Shown piece by piece: positions 15,036 through 26,658 of a stretch of 64,000 nucleotides of DNA. A program made the position numbers and the translations under genes. The stretch spans positions 115,258,001 through 115,322,000 of the forward strand of contig OX597823.1 in the NCBI GenBank assembly GCA_951406725.2. The letters are read 5' to 3'. The notes under the pieces were generated by a model. The model searched no databases. It was not told the DNA's origin and saw only the letters and a program-made list of their open reading frames with translations. The DNA comes from Octopus vulgaris. Lineage: Eukaryota. The number at the start of each line of letters is the position of its first letter. Positions within the stretch are counted from its first letter, which is position 1.

Positions 15036-16544
15036 AATGTGTGTATATATATATATATACCTCTAGAATACTCAAGGATTTTTGAGAAGTTGAAAAGGGA
15101 GGGGAAAAATGTATCCATCCAAATTTGAGAGTCAGTCAAAGCCGCTAGAGCTGAGATTCAATAGCTAAGGCATTAGATATGGTGTAGAATATAATTAAGA
15201 ATGAATTTTCATGAGCATCTCAGACAAAATACCCACCCGTCCACCCACCAAGTGTTAGTCAAAGATGAACATCAGTAGAGTATCAAAATAGTCTTAGTAT
15301 GGGAAGAATGAACTAATGAACACGTTTTATAAATCACAGTGTAAATATAATTTCAGGGAAAAATCCCCACAGGAGGAGAATTAAACTACCAAACTTTATA
15401 TACGTGTCCTCATGTCTCCTATGAAAGACAATTTTCATAAATTGACAGTCATCCAAAAAGAATTTTTCTCTTCAGAAGTTCTTATGGACGGATGCCAGAT
15501 GATAGCTTTAAATGGGAATATCCTGATAAATTAGATAACTAGAGGAGCAGAACAATACTTCCCAACAGGTTTCTTGCTTTCATGTTCAGTTTCTCTGTAA
15601 TTTTGGTTGAGCCCTCTTGAAGTTCTTAGTTGAGCTAATGGAGAAGTAAAATGCTAAAAAGATTAATATCAAGTTATGTCATGGTAGCAGCTGTATTGTT
15701 TTATGTCATGCATCATTTTCATGAAGATGAAATAGAGATTTTAAAATTATAATAAAATGTCACTGGATGTGGTCAGCCAGTAAAGATAATGAGATCACAT
15801 TTTGCACATTGAGGGGAAGGGAAGAAATTCAGTATAAATAATTAGTAAACTTATATGGACTGTCACACAGTTCACTCAATTTGAAAGTAGAAATTACTAC
15901 ACAAATAACAGATGTAAAAGTACAGATTAAACTAAAAGACAGAATTACTAAAGCAAACTATTTCTTTTACAACGTTATTTTTTTTTTAATTTAAAAAGAA
16001 AAAAAAGAAAGCAGCTTTACTAAGAAATAAATAAAATGGCAAACAAACTATTAGTGAAAAAGCAGCATGCAATGAAAAAAAAAAAGCAACAAACCAGACA
16101 AAATAATGAAAAAAATTTAATAACGATAAATTAGTGAGCCACAAAATAAACAAAGAAAGACAGAAAAAAAAAATATTAACAGAATGAAACTGTAATACTG
16201 ACAACTAATGATGCAATACTTTGGAAAACAATAAATAATGCAAAAGAAAATAAACAAACAAAAAATACCAATTTCTGCCCGTTTGCTTGACTAAGTTAAA
16301 CTATGGGACAAAGTGTCATTAAATAAGTCAAAATAATATATACCAGAATTAAATAAATTATGCTGATATGAACACAAATGGCTTTCACTTCCAATATACT
16401 TTGGTGTTTTGATTTAAATCTGATATGCCTTATATGGCGGATGACTGTAGGCCATATGGCATGGAATACACCAGCAAAAAAGTCCGCATCTATGACCACA
16501 TCTCTGACTAGGAGTCCATCAGGATATTTTTTCTCCTTCATGTC
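3295..16544 (-). other. Putative extended 3' UTR of the ELAV gene (up to about 13 kb)
   Basis: Follows the stop codon. No credible ORFs and no recognisable interspersed repeats; many long U-tracts on the sense strand; ends near an AATAAA plus GU-rich signal. The extent is inferred. Confidence 0.45.
3314..3319 (-). terminator. Candidate distal polyadenylation signal
   Basis: AATAAA on minus followed by ATGTGATACTTGTCAAAATTGTTGTCTCAG (GU-rich downstream), at the boundary where repeat-like sequence resumes. Confidence 0.3.
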
Positions 16545-16961
<417 letters not shown>

Positions 16962-17019
16962 TTATATAAAAACCTTCAAAAAAAGCTATATTGAACAATT
17001 GTTATCAAGTTCTACCAAC

Positions 17020-17251
17020 CTGAATCTTCCAGCAGCATGATGAATTGGACCAAAGATTCTCCTACTTGGTGATAAATATGAAGCTGCTAAAGCTAGAGGT
17101 ACAGCATTTTTATTTGAGCTTGGAGAGTTAGCAAACTTTACAGTAATAGGTTCAGTTGCTCCTTCAGGAATGGTACCGTGTAATTTTTGGATAGCTCTTT
17201 CAGCTTCGATTCGTTGATCAAATCGGATGAAGCCAACACCTTTGGATAAGC
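17020..17251 (-). CDS. elav: ELAV-like exon: RRM2 C-half plus hinge
   Basis: tag|GC...TTC AG|gttggt; 232 nt, phase 1 to 2. Translates (G)[76 protein letters not shown](R). Confidence 0.96.
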
Positions 17252-19837
17252 CTAAATAGAATTGAAAAGGGATATCAAACTATGTGGTAATCAATATGTA
17301 CAACGCTCACACACACACATACACACAGATTCTACAAAGTTCAAATTCAGCCCATTATCAAATTCAATCAACCAAATTTCAATGAAAAATAAATGATTTT
17401 AAAGAAGTTAAAGACTATGTATGAAACTTGATAACATTTTAGAGCTACTGATAGAGTTTAGTACAGAACTGGGGCCAAAAGTAAAAAGTTTGTAGTTTAT
17501 ACTTCTTCCTGTTTTCTTCAGTCTAAAAATTGTAGTAATTTAGTTTCGGGCACTTCAAAATGACATGTACATAAATTTCAAATACAGAATATGTCATCCC
17601 CCAATTTAGGTTTATGTGGGGAGCAATATATAAACAATGTTGTTAAAATAGTCTCAAAGACTATATTGAAATTCTTGCAGATTTCATAAAGTTAATTATT
17701 GATAAAAACATTTTTCTGTTGGTCATTTTTGTTATTTCATTCCAATGAAAATATATTTGGAATATCAGAAGTATATACTAACTCAAACTGTAATGATATC
17801 AAAGAACAGTATGTTCTAAAACAACCTTAAAATATCTCACAAAGATTGTTTAGCTATCTAACTTGACTTTAGACATACAGGTTAGTAGCACTAATAAAGG
17901 AAATACAACATTAATTAAATGTGTTTGATTATTCATTATAGAGATTTAAGCCACTTTGCTTTGTATTTTATTGCCTCTTCAAGTTAAGAATCAACAGAAG
18001 CAATATTTATTTATTGAAGGTGAATTAAAAGAAAAAAAAAGGGGGGGATACACTTCTTGATGTTAAGAGGAATACACTTCTATAAAACTGCCAACATATT
18101 CTAGAGCAATTGAAGGAGCTCATTATTGATAATTATGGAGATTAACATATGCAATATACTAAGACAACCATTTCATATACAATAAATGTATAAAGGTGTA
18201 CAGACAAGGAGGAGTAAGGAAAGAGAAAGAGAGAAAGAGTGGAACAAAGCAGTGAGAGGAGAGGACAAGATAAGAGCTAGAAGAATTACAAGAAAAAACA
18301 GAGAGAATGAGAAAATCAGTGGAAAAATTGAAGGTAGAGTGAGTAATATAACTAGAAGATGGGGGTAGAATAGAAACAGTTTGTCTGCCCTTCAGTACAT
18401 GTTAGAAAATAAATAGAAATTACATAATAAAAAAAAAACAACTGAAATACAAACATAAAACATTTTATATGCAAAGAAAACTCTTTTACTGGATAATTTT
18501 GAAAATATTCAACTTGAAAATAAAATATAAATAATTCTGAATAGAAAGAAAGTTTCCTAATATTAAATTTACATAAAACTTGAAAGCAGTTTGCTTTCAC
18601 AGAGATACCCCACGGAAACTGAAAAGAGGTAATATACACATATGTGTAAACAAAGTTTGTTTTTGTTGCCTTTATTTTTAATAAGGGAAAAATAAGGTAA
18701 ATGAAAATAAAAATGAAATAAACCTCTGTCAAAAAATCCAGTTTATAATAAGTGAGTTTTTTTTTTCTGGGGACCAAACTAAAACCCATGAGAACTTACA
18801 CCTTTTTAAAATCAACTTTTCTAAAAATAAACACTATAAAAAATATGAAATTTTGAAAAGTCAATTTCAACAGAGCAAATAGATTTCCAAAAACAAAACC
18901 AATGACCCAACTAATAGAAACTGAAAAAAGGGTACACATAACTGAAGAGCAATATTTGCTACATATTTCCAATTTTAGAACAATAATTATTTAGAAGAAA
19001 ATTGGGAATCTTCTCAGTCTACTTTAACGTAAACAATGTCTTAATTAATAGCCATAAATGTAAGTACTGAAGCAATGGTTTTTTTTATTGAATCTTTATC
19101 AATTAACATAACAGTTAATTAACAAAAGACATGTCTTCAACTGATTTAACTTTTACAAAGTAAATACAGGCTACGTACATCTCATTTAAAATGATAAACC
19201 CTAAACCCCATAATTAAAGACAATAATTCTATATTTTATGGAAATTGAAAGACCAAAGAGAAAATAAAAACAAGTAAATAACTCTAATATATTTTGAAAA
19301 ATAAGAACCAGTCATCCTCAATAATACAAAATAGAGTTTGACATAATGGAAAGAGAAAAAATCCATAAATACATTTAGTGCATGATCATTTAATTAGCAA
19401 GGGTCAGATCACAAACATTCACTGTTACCATTTGACAGAAGACATGCTCATGGTTTTGCAGAGTATGAAAAGCCAGTATTTCGTAAGGCAATATCCAACA
19501 GCTGGATCTGAATTTAAAGCAAAGCAAAACAGCTTAATCATATGTGCCAAAGATAGACATCTTAAGAATAGTCTACCAATAACCAATAGAGAAGTTTGAA
19601 ACCCATCGTTTTTGGCCAATATAATCATGCTCCGAAATCTTCCACATTCAAATTGTAAACTAAATAAAAATTCCATGCAGCTTGATTATGAACAGTGTGT
19701 TCATAGAGCTAGAATATAGATAATAATAATAATAAATAAAAAGGAAAAAAAGAAAAGCAATGAAATGACAAAAATAAAATCATCAGTGCATGTTGGAACT
19801 GAAATTGAAGCAAGCAGAGGACAAATTTAAAACTCTA

Positions 19838-19993
<156 letters not shown>

Positions 19994-20019
19994 CTAAAAA
20001 TAATTAGTGAAGGTGGTTA

Positions 20020-20199
<180 letters not shown>

Positions 20200-20447
20200 T
20201 TAACAAAGAATCTTAAAAATATAAAAACAACAAAAGAGAAAAATAGAGAAATAAAAGATAACAAAATAAATTATTTAGCAGCAATATTAATTATATTTCA
20301 AGCATAACAAATTAAAATAATCAAAATTTTAAAAATTTATATTAGCCAACTAATTGGACTTGGAGTGCAAAACTTAGATTTCAAAGTAGTTCAGAATTGT
20401 AATAAATCAGAAAACAGAACCAAAAAAATATCAATTCTAAGGGGTTA

Positions 20448-20648
<201 letters not shown>

Positions 20649-21961
20649 TTAGTAATGATGATGATTATATCTGTATGTAATGTAAATAACAAAAAATACA
20701 CCAACAAAACTTGAATTCACATTAACAAATATATTGTAACATTGAACCTGACATTAAAAGCTAACTGAGGAAATACCTCGAGAGAAATAAAATATAGTTA
20801 AGCCATTAACTGGTAAAGAATATTCTGAGAATTTAAAATTCTAAGAACTTGTACATGAGGAAAAGCCCCACATCTAGTCTTCATATATACAGCAAAAAAT
20901 TGTGATGATCTTTGTTTTTTAATTCCTTTTAAGACCTGCACTAGAAATATATGTCATCACATTAATATAAATTCAGACATTGATATAATCTAATATTTTT
21001 ACACTCTGAGACATTTTAAAAATTGAATTTAACAATGTATAACTTGTTAAACAGTTGTAATGATATCTAAACCACTGAAGTATGCAATCCAAGTTTTATA
21101 TCACATACAAGATATTTAATTCATTAAATTTAGTTTCACAAAACATCTAATAAATACAAAAGCAAAACAAAAAAAAAAATAACTCCTACAACTGTAACAT
21201 AAATGAAAATACACAAATTTATGTACAAAAACAGCTGATTCCTAACTAGGAAAATGCAGAAATTAAATCACCAAATGAATATTATCTAGTGTAATAAATT
21301 CAGTGTAAGTTCCTATTGAGAAACATATTGAGACATTTCCTGTTAAAAAGCTTCATTAATTTTGAAGTTTTAAACTCAATTTAGGAGCAGCGAAATATAC
21401 TTCCATTCACTAAATAATTCACATTAAAATGTGTATAGCAGTAATTTAATGAATACTTTTGTAAATGTTACTACAACAAGGTCAGCCAATGGTAATACTG
21501 ATAAATCTAATCCATAAAATTGTAAAATTAGTCATTAACAATTTTCAAATATCCAAAAATGTTATTTGAACCCAGGAAATAAATTTATGAAATGAAAAAA
21601 AATAAAATATTTTAATACAAAGTCAGTGATTACTCAAATCGCATTTTTTTTTTTTTTGTAAGATCTTTTTTTTTTTTTTTTTGTAAGTTATTCAAAATGG
21701 ACTGAATCGCTGACAGAAAAGGAAAAAAATCCACATTTCAAGAAATTATTCTGCTTCAGTATAAAGCCAAAAATATTTAGTTTAAAAAAAAAAAAAACGA
21801 AAAAAAAAGAAAATCCTCTTTTTAACGAATTCTTTCTTTTGATACTGTGCAAATAAATGGTAGAAACATACCAGTTCAAAGTCTTACTATACATATAATA
21901 ACAAGCAAGCAAATATTTAAAAAAAACTTTAATTAATAATGTACCCACTTCCAATTGATAC

Positions 21962-21991
21962 CTGTTAATTGTGAGGAAGATAATGAAGAAA
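21962..21991 (-). CDS. elav: Candidate 30-nt cassette microexon in the RRM1 loop
   Basis: ttttacttaaactag|TT TCT TCA TTA TCT TCC TCA CAA TTA ACA G|gtatca; symmetric phase 1, stop-free (xSSLSSSQLT). Confidence 0.45.
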
Positions 21992-22071
21992 CTAGTTTAA
22001 GTAAAAGGTAAATAAATATATGGTAGAAAAGATCAGTAAACGGTAAGGAAAAAAAACCATTAGTTTCTTAC

Positions 22072-22086
22072 TGCAGTAAGGAGAGC
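22072..22086 (-). CDS. elav: Candidate 15-nt microexon in the RRM1 loop
   Basis: tgcttaaatttgctgtttgcctttatctag|GC TCT CCT TAC TGC A|gtaaga; strong donor, TGC-rich pyrimidine tract, symmetric phase 1 (xSPYC). Confidence 0.55.
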
Positions 22087-23734
22087 CTAGATAAAGGCAA
22101 ACAGCAAATTTAAGCAAAGTGTAAAACATAATCATTGTAATTCTTAAGTAGAGTAACATGCATACTATTAAAAGGTTAATGTCTGCCTCTACACGCATAT
22201 ACTGTATATTTGTACACAAAAAAAACACATGATTAGATTGTGTAGCACATGTTCACATTATTCAAAGGTGTTCCAAAAGCTTCTACCCATTCAAAATTGC
22301 ATCAGAAAATGTTTAAAATGAATAAAAACCATTGAAAACACTAAGTAAATAATAAAAAGACATCACACAATCAGCATGTATTTCTCCACTATGTCACTCA
22401 GCCAGATTTTATCACAAAAATATAAGGATTCAATCAGAGTTATCAATGCTGCTAGTAGATGCCAAGGAAAGAAACCTGAATGAATTAGTAATTTTATAAC
22501 CAGTTTGACATGCTGTTAACACAAGAATGTAAAGGTTAGAGGTTAAAGGTTCAACTCTAGTTAAAGTATTCTTTTCTGTATCATTTCTGTAATGGGTGGA
22601 TTTTTCTGAGTGAAAATTTTGTGGAACAGATTATTATTGATCATAGGAGCTGAGGTTTTGCATGTAAATGAACACTATGATTTAAGTGAGTGTATATGAT
22701 AACTTACACTGAGAACTAAATAGCAGAGTTTGTGCTGAATGGGCAAGAGCAGTAACCATTATTGAGAGTCAAACATGCCATGCCAATGTCTTTTTTAGGA
22801 CAACTACAATTGTATAGTTGAGAATATTTAATGTGTTTGCCATTCTTCAAGATTGTTCCATTAGCATCTATATCTTGCAATAATTTGCCATATTTTCTGT
22901 CCTAATATTAGCTTAAAGAAGTTCAGACAAAACATCAAACACATCAACTCTAAGCTCTCCTTATAGGCTTCTTTAGGATGTAAATTAAAAATGGTATAAG
23001 TATTGCAGTTCCTTCTTGTATTATTAATGGACTTTAAAGTTCTCTATTACTAAAATGGCAAAGTCTGTAGTTTAACAATTAACATGCAGTTGATACATTC
23101 AATAAATGACTTGTTTAATTCATGCTGGAGTTAATCATAAGACTTATTATTATTATTATTATGATTATGAGGTGCATAAATATACCTTTGGACTATTTCT
23201 ATTAGTGAGACAAATAGATATCCAAAATTTAGTTAGTACAACAGGAAGAAACTAGAAATGGGTACTTTACCAACAAAAATTTAAAACGTTCATCCTATCA
23301 AGACAGAAATTTATTCAATTATCAAATAAGTGTGTTTTTTTTTTTTTAATCATTGCATTTTTTTTTTTTTCTTTGGCCTGTCTTATTGGGAAATGTATAA
23401 AGTTTGATAATCCAGAGTAGCAAATGAACTAAACTAAGTTTTATTTGCCAAGTATAAGAGCCAACACCAAAATAAAGTTAATATCTTTCATTTCAAAATT
23501 CCTTCAATAAAGATTATCCTTTAATTCTTAAGTAGTTTCCAAATTAAAAATTAAGAAAAAATAAAAAGATACGCCATTGTTTTACAATAAGATGCTTGTT
23601 ACAAGAAAGAATATATGAACTGAACTAATAAACCAATTCTTTGTAATAAAAAAAAATGTGAATTCTTTTCCAGTGACATTTGAAAATTTTATTGATTTTT
23701 TTAGTTATTTATTATGGATAGCAATAATACACAC

Positions 23735-23800
23735 ATTTTTCCGCATCGGTTGATGCATTTCGTGCTGCCGGAAGCAGGTCACAGTGAAAGTCAGTGTTAG
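23735..23800 (-). CDS. elav: Candidate 66-nt cassette exon in the RRM1 loop
   Basis: GC-rich island in an AT-rich intron. ctttttttccataatag|CT AAC...GAA AAA T|gtgtgt; symmetric phase 1; (A)NTDFHCDLLPAARNASTDAEK. Confidence 0.7.
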
Positions 23801-24849
23801 CTATTATGGAAAAAAAGAGGAACACTTGCATAAAATATCTACAGGTACATGTCAAAACCTTACGGCATTAATGGCAAGGCATCAGGTTTGATGTTAAATT
23901 TAATGATCTAATCTATTATGACTATTTACATGCAAACTATTTTATACAAGTTGTAAGTACAAAAGAAAAAAATTTCTTGAAATGTAGATTTTTCTTTGAA
24001 ATCAATTCAAGCTATTTTTCAAAATATCTTCAATACTTCTTTTCTAAATTTTTACAAATGAGTAGTTAAAACCCTTAAAGCAATACATAGGTGTTATGTA
24101 TGATTTATTTATATAGACACATTTTAATAAATAATTAAGTATGAACATGTATGCTTTACACTAACCAATAAACCCATCACAATAAAGTTAAATAATCTTA
24201 GATACAATCTTGAGAACAATTAATGTTTTTGATAATAGATTGAAGTGGAATGCTGACCAAAATGAACTAATTTAAATACAGGTGAAATATTTGTGTTCAA
24301 ACATCACTTTAATGATTTACAAAAGTAGGTATAACAATGAAATGCTAAATAGCCATTTATATCTAAATTAATATTTTGTGGTTTGAAATCAAATTTTTAG
24401 AGCTTCAGTTCAAAGTGAGCTTTAAATCATTTATCCAAACAGAACACTCATACTAAAACATTTCATAATCCAAAATGTTTCTCAGTAAATCTTAAATGAG
24501 ATTACAGTTACCAGATAGGTGATGGAATCATTTGCTTAAAAATTTATTAATATCCTTTAAAGCATATTTTGTTCAGGGCATTTTGATAGCTTAGTGAATA
24601 ATTTTTATATGGACTAAAGAAATCAAAATAAGTAAAAGAAAAAAAAAATCAATATCTTTCCATACTCAAGAATTTTAGAAGATCTAAGGGAAAGGAAATT
24701 TAAAACTGAGGTATGAGATTGCTATAGAAACTATACAATACGAAATTAGGCAACAATTTAAAAACTTGTTTTCAAATACTTTATGAAAAGAAATTTATTA
24801 AAAATCAAAATCAAAGAAATATCAAAACATGAACAAGTCAGAAAATATC

Positions 24850-24893
<44 letters not shown>

Positions 24894-24934
24894 TATATAA
24901 GTATATATATATATATATATATATATATAAGTAT

Positions 24935-24969
<35 letters not shown>

Positions 24970-25369
24970 AATTATAAAAATAAACAAAATTAAAATTTAG
25001 ACAAAATAATGTTCAAAACTGGGATTATGTTAAATATCATAATTCATAATACAATTACGCAAATTAAAAAACTAAAATACTGAAAATTTTTCAATGCTTT
25101 GAATTTAATCAAAAAAATGTTGATGAAACATTGAATACTTCAATGGCTGGCATATTAACTAATGATTTAAATTCACAATTTGAAAGAAATGCAATTGTAA
25201 GCCAAAGAGGCAGTGAAACTAAATATATATTAAAAGTTATAGGTTGAATATTGTAACAATTTTTTAAATATCCTATAATGGTGTGAGTACATAAATGTGA
25301 GACTTGAAAACAATCTATGAGCCACTTAAGGTGTTTCTACTACAATAACTACAACTAGTAATAATAATG

Positions 25370-26160
25370 GTTTCTAATTTGAGTATAAGGCCAACGATTT
25401 AAGTTGGCACTTTCAACCTCAGTGCTTAGCTGGTACTTTATTTTATCAACCCTGAAAGGATGAAAGGCAATGCCGGCCTTAGCAAGATTTGAACTCACAA
25501 TATAAAGAGTCAGAAGAAATGATAAAATGCAATTCTTCCAACATTTTAATAACTCAGCCAGCTTACCACCTTGATAATCATAACTGCTTTCTTAACAGTC
25601 ACAGGCCAAGAAATTTGGTGGAGGGGTTATTTGATTATATCGTTCTTAGTATTTAATTGCTTAGTATTTAGTGAGCTGAAAGGTAAAGATCTTGGCGGGA
25701 TTTGATCACAGGACGTAAGTGGCAGGAAGAAATACTCCAATATTTCATCCGATGTTTTAATGATTCAGATAATATATAACCTTTAATAGTTTCTAATATG
25801 GCTACAAGGCCAAAAATTAAATGGTCTTTCAATATATGATTGGTACTATATAATAATAAAGTCTGGAAGGATGAAAAGCAAAGCTGAGGGTGGCAGGATT
25901 TAAATTTAGACTGTAAAATGCCAGAACAAATACAGAAAGGCATTTTCTCAATGCTTGACTGATTCTGCTACTCCATCATCCTTAACAATAATACAATTTT
26001 CTAAGATTGGTACAAGGACACATAATTAGGTGAAGTCATGAGTGCTGTTTACTTCACCAATCTGGAAGATAAAAGGCAAAGTATATCCTGCTGGCATTTG
26101 AACTCAGAATGTGAAAAAACAAAATGGAACTGACTATTCACAAGCATTTTGTCTGCCATT
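25370..26160 (-). mobile_element. Cluster of about three degenerate tRNA-SINE family B copies
   Basis: Repeated decayed AAAGGATGAAAGGCAA...GATTTGAACTCAGAA segments, the reverse complement of the 38157-38410 element. Confidence 0.55.
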
Positions 26161-26607
26161 CAGCGCAACATAAAAAGAAAATGAGAGTGTACTTCTGTAG
26201 GACAGTATATCCTCAATATGTTTAATGTTGAAATCTAGTGTTACTACTGACAGTAAAGAGACATCCTATGAGCTTCATGGATAGAATAATTTCAAATTTT
26301 GTTAAAATAAAATCATAAATATGAAAGAAATGCATTAACATATATTAGTTAGATATAGCTAAACTTTTCTACAATTTAAATAGACAAAAAAATTGAAAAT
26401 ATATTTTTAAAAATCATGATAAACAGGAGTCTACCTAGACTCTGGAAGAATTTCACTACACAAAAGTATAAAATGTAATTAGGAGTATGATATATATTAA
26501 TCTATCAAAAAAAACCTTCATTCCTATACAATATATGTTTAAATTTATGTCTTACTTAGAAGCTAAATTGTTTTCTATTTCTGTGAATATTAAGATAGAT
26601 CAAATAC

Positions 26608-26658
26608 CTGTTTCCGGCAGTCCTTGATCTAAATCATTCTGTCTCAGTGTGTTCATTG
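26608..26658 (-). CDS. elav: Candidate 51-nt cassette exon in the RRM1 loop
   Basis: Long U-rich tract, then ctgcag|CA ATG AAC...GAA ACA G|gtattt; symmetric phase 1; (A)MNTLRQNDLDQGLPET. Confidence 0.75.

Noticed and set aside
21630-21709. Strong acceptor (tttttttccttttctgtcag) in the RRM1 intron
   Set aside because: Runs into poly-A tracts, the nearest donor is out of phase, and a stop follows; not enough support for an exon.
23271-23294. 24-nt AG..GT segment in the RRM1 intron
   Set aside because: Immediate TGA in the required phase and a weak context; likely chance.
26654-26656. ATG in the 51-nt exon as the gene's start codon
   Set aside because: It would give a protein missing RNP2/beta1-beta2 of RRM1. 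The segment has a good acceptor and symmetric phase, so an internal cassette is more parsimonious; the true first coding exon was not found in the window.
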